A stretch of DNA of 64,000 nt, from positions 790 to 64,789 of the forward strand of contig DAPKRU010000165.1 of NCBI GenBank assembly GCA_031800675.1, written 5' to 3'. The translations under genes and the position numbers were made by a program. Below, one piece after another: positions 35,428 through 42,770 of this stretch; position 1 is the first letter of the stretch, and each line of letters starts with the position of its first letter. The notes beneath the pieces were generated by a model. That model was not told where the DNA came from. It worked only from the letters and a program-made list of their open reading frames with translations, and made no database searches. The DNA comes from Polyangiaceae bacterium LLY-WYZ-15_(1-7). Lineage in GTDB: Bacteria > Myxococcota_A > Polyangia > Polyangiales > Houyiibacteriaceae.

Positions 35428-35817
35428 ATGGCGCGGCTCTTCCTGCTCTTCGCCGCCGGCCACGGGTTTCTCGCCGTGGCCCTCGGCGCCTTCGGCGCGC
35501 ACGGGCTCCAGGGGCGCCTCGCGTCGCTCGAGGACGGCGCGAAGCGGCTCGGGTGGTGGGAGACCGCCGCGCACTACCAGCTCGCCCATGCGCTGGCCCT
35601 CGGGCTCGTGGCGTGGCTCGCGAGCGCGCGGCCGAGCGGGGCGATCACGGCGGCCGGCTGGTGCTTCTTCGGGGGGCTGCTCCTCTTCTCCGGGAGCCTC
35701 TACACCATGACGCTGACCGGCCTCCGCGGGCTCGGCGCGGTGACGCCCTTCGGCGGGCTCCTGCTGCTCGGCGGCTGGGGCTGCGTCTTCGCCGCGGCCT
35801 GGCGGGGGGCGCCGTGA
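35428..35817 (+). CDS. DUF423 (YgdD/TMEM256-like) small membrane protein
   Basis: 129 aa with GAFGAHGL and AAHYQLAHALAL across four hydrophobic segments. Confidence 0.8.
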   Translation: MARLFLLFAAGHGFLAVALGAFGAHGLQGRLASLEDGAKRLGWWETAAHYQLAHALALGLVAWLASARPSGAITAAGWCFFGGLLLFSGSLYTMTLTGLRGLGAVTPFGGLLLLGGWGCVFAAAWRGAP

Positions 35818-36749
35818 GCCTCGGGCCCTTCGAGCAGCCGGCCTGGGAGGACGTGCCCGAGCGGCCGCCCCGGTCGCACGGCTTCTTCCAGCTGCCGGTG
35901 CGGCACGTGACGGCGCGGGTCGAGGGGCGGCCGCTCCGGCTATGCTACCGCGAGCATGGCGAGGGGCCGCCGCTCCTCCTGGTGCACGGCCTGATGACGA
36001 GCGGCTACTCGTTCCGCTACGTGATCGAGCCCCTCGCCGCGCTCGGCTTCCGCGTGCTCGTGCCGGACCTGCCGGGCGCCGGGCAGAGCGAAGCGCCGCC
36101 CGTGTGCTCGCCGGCGGCCCTGACCGCGAGCCTCGGCGCCTTCCTGGACGCGCTCGCGCTCCCGCGCGCGGACGTCGTCGGCAACAGCATGGGCGGCTGG
36201 CTCGCCATGCGCTGGGCGCTCGAGGCGCCGGACCGGCTCGGGCGGCTGGTGAACGTGCACTCGCCGGCCGTCGCGCTCCGGCGACTGCGGCTCCTGCATC
36301 GCGCGCTCGCCGTCCCCGGGAGCCGCGCGGCGCTCGGGCGGCTCGTCGCGCGCGACCCGGAGCGTTGGGCCTTCGCGAACGTGCACTACTTCGACGAGGG
36401 GCTGAAGTCGCGCGAGGAGGCGCGGGTCTACGCGGCGCCGCTCAAGACCGAGGCCGGGCGGCGGGCCTTCGCGAGCTGGCTCGGGGACGGGCTCGCGCCC
36501 GAGGCCTTCGAGGCCTTCGTGGCGACGCTGCGCGCGCGGCGGGACGCGGGCGAGCCCTTCCCGGTGCCGCTCCAGCTCGTCTACGCGCGGCGCGATCCGA
36601 TGGTGCCGCCGGAGGTCGGGGAGGCGCTCCACGCGCTCGTGCCGGGCGCGGAGATGGTCTGGCTCGCGGAGAGCTCGCACTTCGCGCACGTCGACACGCC
36701 GGAAGCCTTCGTCGCCGCCGTCGCGCCCTTCCTGCGCGGCGGCGCCTGA
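35814..36749 (+). CDS. Alpha/beta-fold hydrolase
   Basis: The GTG start overlaps the preceding stop (GTGA). PLLLVHGL, the nucleophile elbow GNSMGG, and the C-terminal SSHFAHVD (His) are present. Confidence 0.85.
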   Translation: MSLGPFEQPAWEDVPERPPRSHGFFQLPVRHVTARVEGRPLRLCYREHGEGPPLLLVHGLMTSGYSFRYVIEPLAALGFRVLVPDLPGAGQSEAPPVCSPAALTASLGAFLDALALPRADVVGNSMGGWLAMRWALEAPDRLGRLVNVHSPAVALRRLRLLHRALAVPGSRAALGRLVARDPERWAFANVHYFDEGLKSREEARVYAAPLKTEAGRRAFASWLGDGLAPEAFEAFVATLRARRDAGEPFPVPLQLVYARRDPMVPPEVGEALHALVPGAEMVWLAESSHFAHVDTPEAFVAAVAPFLRGGA

Positions 36750-36772
36750 CACCGGGTCGAGCCGGCCGGCAG

Positions 36773-36811
36773 GCTCGTCGGAGCCGCTCGTCGGAGCCGC
36801 TCGTCGGAGCC
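36773..36811. repeat. 13-bp tandem repeat x3 (gctcgtcggagcc)
   Basis: Three perfect copies at 36773-36785, 36786-36798 and 36799-36811, in the spacer between convergent genes. Confidence 0.9.
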
Positions 36812-36817
36812 GCCCGC

Positions 36818-37948
36818 TCAGCGCGCGTCGGCCAGCGGGAGGCGCACCGTGATCCGCGCGCCCTCGCCCGGGGGCGAGCTCAGGCTCACCTCGCCCCCGG
36901 CGCGCCGCGCCACCCGCCGCGCGAGGGCCAGGCCCGTGCCCGTGCCGTCCTCGCGGGTCGTGAAGTAGGGCGCGAAGATTCGCTCCTGGAGCTCGAGCGG
37001 CACGCCCGGCCCGTCGTCCTTCACGTGCAGGAGCGCGTCCTCGCCGGCCACCTCGAGCCGCACCTCGATGCGCCCCCTCGGCCGGGCCCCCTCGCGGATC
37101 GCGTGGCCGGCGTTGACGAGCAGGTTCGCCATGATCTGCCCCAGCGACGCCGCCGCCAGCCGCACCGCCGGGCGCGCGTCGAGCGTCAGCTCCACCTCGA
37201 TGGCCTCGCCGAGCTGGGGCGCGAGCAGCTGCACCGTCGACTCGACGACCTGCGCGGCGTCGCACTGCTCGACCCGACTCTCCTCCGGCGCGGAGAGGCG
37301 CGCCGCGAAGCCCACGAGCTGCTCCACGCCGGCGAGCACGGCGCGCCCCTGGTCGACGCAGCGCTCGAGGGGCGTCCGCCCCGGGTGATCGCCGAGCTCG
37401 AAGAGCGCGTCGCGGAGCTGCTCCTGGAGGACCTGCGCGTTGAGGTTGAGCGCGTTCAGCACGTTGTTCAGCTCGTGCGCGATCTCCGACTGGACCGCGC
37501 GCGCCGTGCGGGTCGGCACCTCGCGGAGCAGTTGCCCCTCGAGCTCGCTCACGAGGCGCCGCTCGCGGGCGAGCTTCACGCCCGAGTGCAGCACCTCGAG
37601 CAGCTCCTCGTTCTCGAAGGGCTTGGTGAGGTAGCGGTGCACGGCGCCGCGGTTGATGGCGTCGATGGCCGCCTGCACGTCCGCGTAGGCCGTGAGGATC
37701 ATCCGGAGCGTCCCCGGGTGGCTCCGGCGCACGCGCTCGCAGAGGGCGACGCCGGTCATGCCGGGCATGCGCTGGTCCGCCAGGAGGATCGCGGGCTCGA
37801 GCCCCTCCGCGAGCTGCTGGAGCGCCTCCTCGCCGGAGGCGGCGGTGACGAAGTCGAAGTCGTCCTCGAAGACGTAGGCGAGGGCCATGCGGTTGGCGGC
37901 CTCGTCGTCGACGTAGAGGATCGTCGCGCGCGTCTCCGCGCCGCTCAT
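36818..37948 (-). CDS. Response-regulator receiver fused to a histidine kinase core (REC-HisKA-HATPase)
   Basis: REC (ILYVDDE...LLADQRMPGMTG...KP), H-box SEIAHELNNVL, N-box LLVNAGHAI, and G-boxes DDGPGV / GTGTGLAL. Confidence 0.88.
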   Translation of the reverse strand: MSGAETRATILYVDDEAANRMALAYVFEDDFDFVTAASGEEALQQLAEGLEPAILLADQRMPGMTGVALCERVRRSHPGTLRMILTAYADVQAAIDAINRGAVHRYLTKPFENEELLEVLHSGVKLARERRLVSELEGQLLREVPTRTARAVQSEIAHELNNVLNALNLNAQVLQEQLRDALFELGDHPGRTPLERCVDQGRAVLAGVEQLVGFAARLSAPEESRVEQCDAAQVVESTVQLLAPQLGEAIEVELTLDARPAVRLAAASLGQIMANLLVNAGHAIREGARPRGRIEVRLEVAGEDALLHVKDDGPGVPLELQERIFAPYFTTREDGTGTGLALARRVARRAGGEVSLSSPPGEGARITVRLPLADAR

Positions 37949-39105
37949 GGGAGACCTCCTCCGCGGACGTACTCGCCGCTCTCCTCGACGGCGTCGCTCC
38001 GCGGCAGCTCGAGCCGGAAGGCCGCGCCCACGGCCGGTCGCTCGGCCTCGAGCTGGCCGCCGCTCGCCTCCGCGAGGTGACGGGAGATCGCGAGGCCGAG
38101 GCCCGCGGCGCCCGGACGCGTCGTGAACTGCGGATCGAAGATGCGGGGTAGCACCTCGGGGGAGATGCCGTGGCCCGTGTCCTCGACGCGCACGCGCGCC
38201 CAGCCGTCGTCCTCGTCGACGACGACCCGGATCTCGCCGCGGTCGAGCTCCTGCACGGCCTGCGCGGCGTTCGTGAGGAGGTGGCTGAGCACCTGGGCGA
38301 GGTCGCCGGGATCGATGCGCACCTGGGGCGTCGCGTCGACCTGCACGGTGAGGCGCGTCGTCGGGGCGAGCTGGGTGCGGATCAGGCGCACGGTCGAGTC
38401 GACGGCCCGGGAGAGGTCGAGCGTCGGCGGGCGGCGCGCGGGCGAGAGGGCCGAGAGGTCGCGCTGGAGCGCTTCGAGCTCGCCGACGCTGAGGAGCACG
38501 TCCCCCTGCGTGCGTTCGAGCTCCGCGAGGAGCGCCTTCCGGTGGGCCTCGTCGCTCGAGCGGTGGGCCGCGTGGGTCAGGTCCCGGGCATGCTCCACGA
38601 GGCGGCGGAGGCGGACGACGCGCTCGCCGAGGCCGCTCGCCACCTCCCGCGACGCGGCCCGGGCGCCGGCCCCGGCCCCGCCCCGGAGGAGGCTCTCCTG
38701 GAGCTCCCGCACGCTCCGGGCGGCGTGCACCAGCTCGATGGAGGCCCGGAGCACGTCCTCGAGCTCCTCGTTGCGGATGGGCTTCTCGAGCCAGCGCAGG
38801 ACCTGCCCGCGGTTCACCGCGTCCACGACCGCGTGCAGATCCGCGTAGGCCGTCAGGATGATGCGCAGCGTGTCCGGGCAGAGCGTGCGCGCTCGCTCGC
38901 AGAGGTCCACCCCCGTCATGCCGGGCATGCGCTGGTCGGCGAGGAGCACGGCGTAGCGTTCGCGTTCGAGCATGCGCAGCGCTTCCTCGCCCGAGGTCGC
39001 GATGTCGATCCGGAACGTGTCCTCGAGGGCGTACTGCACCGCGAGCAGGTTGGCGCGGTCATCGTCCACGTAGAGCACCGGGTACGACCGGAGGTCCAGC
39101 GACAC
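37945..39105 (-). CDS. Receiver domain fused to a kinase-like ATPase core whose H-box lacks the phospho-acceptor His
   Basis: The REC domain is intact, and N/G boxes are present (LLTNAAQAV, DTGHGI, GAAGLGLAI). The position aligned to EIAHELNN of the paralog reads EVASGLGE. GTG start at 39105. Its stop overlaps the next gene's start as ATGA. Confidence 0.85.
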   Translation of the reverse strand: MSLDLRSYPVLYVDDDRANLLAVQYALEDTFRIDIATSGEEALRMLERERYAVLLADQRMPGMTGVDLCERARTLCPDTLRIILTAYADLHAVVDAVNRGQVLRWLEKPIRNEELEDVLRASIELVHAARSVRELQESLLRGGAGAGARAASREVASGLGERVVRLRRLVEHARDLTHAAHRSSDEAHRKALLAELERTQGDVLLSVGELEALQRDLSALSPARRPPTLDLSRAVDSTVRLIRTQLAPTTRLTVQVDATPQVRIDPGDLAQVLSHLLTNAAQAVQELDRGEIRVVVDEDDGWARVRVEDTGHGISPEVLPRIFDPQFTTRPGAAGLGLAISRHLAEASGGQLEAERPAVGAAFRLELPRSDAVEESGEYVRGGGLP

Positions 39106-39117
39106 CCGCGGAGCCTA

Positions 39118-41925
39118 TCAGAGCCGGGGGGCAGAGGCGCTGGGGGTGTTCCCGGGGGAGGGGCGGGGGGAACCCTCGGGGAGGGGGAGCACGACGGTGA
39201 AGCGGGCGCCGCCGAGCGTGGGGGAGGCGTCCGCGTCGATGGTGCCGCCGTGGGCGCTCACGATCTCGCGGGCGATCGAGAGCCCGAGGCCCGTGCCCTC
39301 GCCGGCGGGGCGGGAGGTGACGAAGGGGTCGAAGAGGCGCGGGAGGACGGAGGGCTCGATGCCCGGGCCCGAGTCCTCGACGGTGATGCGGTAGCGGCCG
39401 CCCTCGACCCGGCCGCGGATGCGCACGCGCCCCCGATCGCCGACGGCCCGCGCCGCGTTGTCGACGAGGTTCAGGAAGACGTGGTTCAGGTCGCCGGCGC
39501 GCCCCTCGAGCGCGGTCTCTTCGTCCACGTCGGTCTCCACCTCGACGTCGTCCGGGACGCGGGCCGAGAGCAGGCGGACGGCCGCGAGGAGCCCCTGGCC
39601 CGGCTGGAGCGTCCCCTCCTCCTCCCGGTCGACGCGCGAGAGGTCGAGCAGGTCGACGGAGATGCGCTCGATGCGGTTGGCGCAGTCGATGAACACCTCG
39701 AGCATCTCGTCCGTGCGCGCGTCGGCCTTCCCCGTGAGCTTGCGGCGGACGGCCGGGAGGCCGCTGACCAAGGCCGTGAGCGGGTTGCGCACCTGGTGGG
39801 CGACGGACGCGGCGAGGACGCCGAGGGTGGCGAGGCGCTCCTGGTGCGCGAGCCGGTGGAGCATGCCCCGGATGCGGAGCTGCACGTCGAGGCGCGCGAG
39901 GAGCTCCCGGCCGTGGAAGGGCTTGACCACGTAGTCGTCGGCGCCCGCGTCGAAGCCCTCGAGCACCTGGGAGGGCTCGCCGCGGGCCGTGACGAGGAGG
40001 ATGGGGACGTCGCGGAGCTTCGGGTCGGCGCGGAGCGCGCGCGTCAGGCCGAGGCCATCGAGCTCGGGCATGGCGACGTCCGCGACGACGACGTCCGGCT
40101 GGAGCTCGCGGGCGCGCTCGAGGCCGCGGCGGCCGTGGGCGGCGGTGGCGACGCGGTAGCGCGCGGCGAGGACGTCCGTGAGGAAGGCGCGGAGCTCGGG
40201 GTGGTCCTCGACGACGAGGGCGAGCGGGGCGTTCGCGTCCGGGCCGCTGCGCAGCTCCTCGGGCGCGCCGCTCTGGCGGGGCGTGGGCAGGGGCTCGGCG
40301 CCGCGGGCCTCGACCGGCTCCGCGGGGGCGCTCGCGACGATGCGCGGGAGCACCAGCCGGAAGAGGGCGCCGCCGCCCGCGCCCTCGTCGAGCTCGGCGC
40401 GCCCACCGTGGAGGCGCGCGGCCTCTTGCACCAGCGCCAGGCCGAGGCCCGTGCCGCCCCGGCGGCGCGCCGCGTCGCTCGCCTGGGAGAAGCGCTCGAA
40501 GATGCGCTCCCGATCCTCGGCCGGGACGCCCGGGCCGTCGTCCTCCACCTCGAAGACGAGCTCGCCGCCGGCGTCGCGGAAGCGGACCGTGACCGCGCTC
40601 TCGGCGAAGCGGAGCGCGTTGGCGAGCAGGTTGCCGAGGGCGGTCTCCATCCAGGTCGGATCGAGGGCGACCGGCGCGGAGCGCTCGGGCGTCTCGACGG
40701 AGAGCGCGACGCCCTGCGTGACGGCGAGGGCCTGGGCCGGCGAGACGAGCGCGTGGACGAGCTGCCCCGCGTCGACCGGGGCCCGCTGCACCGTGGCCCG
40801 GCCGGCGTCGACCTTCGCCAGGTCGAGGAGCTGGTTGATGAGGCGGAGGAGGCGCTTGGCGTTCGCCTCCATCGTCTCGAGGGCCTGCTCCGGGCCGCCC
40901 GGGGGCGCTTCGCCGCGGCGCAGGGCTTCGAGGGGCGAGAGGAGGAGCGTGAGCGGCGTGCGGAGCTCGTGCGAGACGTTCGCGAAGAAGTCCGTCTTGG
41001 CCTGCGCGAGGTCGCGGACCTCGTCGAGGGTCTGCTGGAGCCGGGCGCTGGTCTCGAGGAGCTCGGAGGTGCGCTCCTTCACCTTCCGCTCGACGCCGCT
41101 CTTCGCCTCGAGGAGCTCGCCGAAGCGCTGCTCGTTGGCGAGCGTGCTCCGCTCGAGCGCGTCCTGCTGCTCGATGACGAGGCGCTGGCTCTCCCCGAGC
41201 TCCTGCCGCAGCTCCCACTGGCGCACGAGGGCCCAGGAGGCGAAGGCGCCGAGGACCGTGCCGACGCCGAGCGCGAGCGGGCCGAGCTCGAGGGTCAGGG
41301 CGGCCGCGACTCCCGCGCCGGCGCCGAGGAGGAGCGCGAGGCGGCTGCGGAACTTCGGGAGGCGCTCGACGTAGCGGATCTCGTAGACGCAGGCGTCATC
41401 ACCCCGGTGCATGCACTCGGGGTGCTCGAGCTTCGCCGGGGGCAGGTCGAAGATGGTCGGGACGGCGGCCATGTTCTGCTGCCGTCCGAGGCACATGAGC
41501 GGGTCCGTCTCCGCCGCGGCGCCGGGCTTCTGGCGGTAGGTCAGGCGCACGTGGCGCGGGCCGACCTGTTCGAAGCCGAGCTCGCCCACCTTGTTGAAGC
41601 GCGGGAGCGAGCGGACCATCTGCTCGTAGGCCTTCCCCGTGTTGCCGAAGGCGCGGATGATGGCGCGGAGCGGGCCCATGTAACGCGCGGTGAACGCGGC
41701 GCGCGCCGCGCGGGCGACGTAGAGCGGGTCGCCGACGGCCTCGTGGAGCGTGCGCACGATGCGCTCCGAGTCCTTCATCGAGAGCCAGGCCGAGGGGTCC
41801 CGGAGGAGCTCGAGCTCGATGCCCTGCTCCTCGAGGAGCTCGCGGACCCGCGCCTCGCCGAGCTGCTCGGCGGCGAGGTCGAGGAAGGGAGCCAGGAAGA
41901 AGGCGTGGAGGTCGGCGCTCTTCAC
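39118..41925 (-). CDS. Hybrid sensor kinase: V4R-like N-terminal domain, TM region, HisKA-HATPase, REC, then a second HisKA-like-HATPase
   Basis: The GTG start at 41925 overlaps the upstream stop (GTGA). Elements in order: N-terminal EHPECMHRGDDACVYEIRY; hydrophobic LALLLGAGAGVAAALTLELGPLALGVGTVLGAFASWAL; SHELRTPL plus DDGPGV/GGTGLGLAL; REC (LVVEDHPE...VVADVAMPELDG...KPF); second H-box SVAHQVRNPL plus DSGPGI/GTGLGLSI. Confidence 0.88.
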   Translation of the reverse strand: MKSADLHAFFLAPFLDLAAEQLGEARVRELLEEQGIELELLRDPSAWLSMKDSERIVRTLHEAVGDPLYVARAARAAFTARYMGPLRAIIRAFGNTGKAYEQMVRSLPRFNKVGELGFEQVGPRHVRLTYRQKPGAAAETDPLMCLGRQQNMAAVPTIFDLPPAKLEHPECMHRGDDACVYEIRYVERLPKFRSRLALLLGAGAGVAAALTLELGPLALGVGTVLGAFASWALVRQWELRQELGESQRLVIEQQDALERSTLANEQRFGELLEAKSGVERKVKERTSELLETSARLQQTLDEVRDLAQAKTDFFANVSHELRTPLTLLLSPLEALRRGEAPPGGPEQALETMEANAKRLLRLINQLLDLAKVDAGRATVQRAPVDAGQLVHALVSPAQALAVTQGVALSVETPERSAPVALDPTWMETALGNLLANALRFAESAVTVRFRDAGGELVFEVEDDGPGVPAEDRERIFERFSQASDAARRRGGTGLGLALVQEAARLHGGRAELDEGAGGGALFRLVLPRIVASAPAEPVEARGAEPLPTPRQSGAPEELRSGPDANAPLALVVEDHPELRAFLTDVLAARYRVATAAHGRRGLERARELQPDVVVADVAMPELDGLGLTRALRADPKLRDVPILLVTARGEPSQVLEGFDAGADDYVVKPFHGRELLARLDVQLRIRGMLHRLAHQERLATLGVLAASVAHQVRNPLTALVSGLPAVRRKLTGKADARTDEMLEVFIDCANRIERISVDLLDLSRVDREEEGTLQPGQGLLAAVRLLSARVPDDVEVETDVDEETALEGRAGDLNHVFLNLVDNAARAVGDRGRVRIRGRVEGGRYRITVEDSGPGIEPSVLPRLFDPFVTSRPAGEGTGLGLSIAREIVSAHGGTIDADASPTLGGARFTVVLPLPEGSPRPSPGNTPSASAPRL

Positions 41926-42770
41926 GACGCGCTCCCCTCCGGGCGGCGCCGGGCGCTCAGGAGGAGCAGGGTGGCCATGGCGAAGCTCCCCGGGGCCGCC
42001 GCCCACTCGCCCGCCTCGGCCCGACCCGCGGCGAGGGCCTCCGGATCGGTCGTCGTCGCGTGGAGGTAGGGGAGAAGGAGCAGCTCGGCGAAGGCCTCCG
42101 GGCCGATGTCGTCGCTCGTGAGCGTCGCCGCCTCCACCTTCACCTCGCTCCAGCCGGCGCCGAGCGCCAGCGCGCGCAGCCGGCGTCCCACGAAGGGGTC
42201 CGCGCCGCGCTCGAGCGTGCGCGCGATCCACGTCTGCCGGGCGGCCTCGCAGCGCCGGGGCGCGGGCTCGCTGACGAAGCTCGCGTGGTCCGTGTCGACG
42301 GCGAGCAGCGCGCCGCCCGGCGCCGTGACGCGGTGGAGCTCGGCGAGCACGGCCGCCGGGTCCGGGACGTGCTGGAGCATCAGCCGCGTGTGCACGGCGG
42401 GGACGCTCCGCGCGGGGAGCGGGAGCCGGTCGGCGCGCGCGACGAGCGCGGGGCGAGGCGCGTGGCGCAGGATCGACCGGTCGACGTCCACGCAGAGCGT
42501 CTCGACGCCGGCGTCCCGGAGGAAGCGCGCCGGGGCGCCGGAGCCCGCGCCGACGTCGAGGACGAAGGGCGCGTCGAGGAGGCCCGCCCGCCGGTAGGCG
42601 CCCTCGTGCATGCCCACCAGCCGCCGCGCCTGCAGCTCGAGGCGGCTCAGCTCGCGCTCCCGATCGGCGAAGCCTCCCAAGGCGTAGCCGCCGCCGGGCG
42701 CGCTCCGGCCGACGTCACCGCCCGCGGCGTCGCCGCCCGCGACGTCTCCGTTCCCGGCGTCTCCGCTCAT
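41922..42770 (-). CDS. Class I SAM-dependent methyltransferase
   Basis: Motif I VLDVGAGSGAPARFL and post-I/II LMLQHVPDP...PGGALLAVD. The ATG at 42770 overlaps the upstream stop as ATGA. Confidence 0.85.
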   Translation of the reverse strand: MSGDAGNGDVAGGDAAGGDVGRSAPGGGYALGGFADRERELSRLELQARRLVGMHEGAYRRAGLLDAPFVLDVGAGSGAPARFLRDAGVETLCVDVDRSILRHAPRPALVARADRLPLPARSVPAVHTRLMLQHVPDPAAVLAELHRVTAPGGALLAVDTDHASFVSEPAPRRCEAARQTWIARTLERGADPFVGRRLRALALGAGWSEVKVEAATLTSDDIGPEAFAELLLLPYLHATTTDPEALAAGRAEAGEWAAAPGSFAMATLLLLSARRRPEGSAS

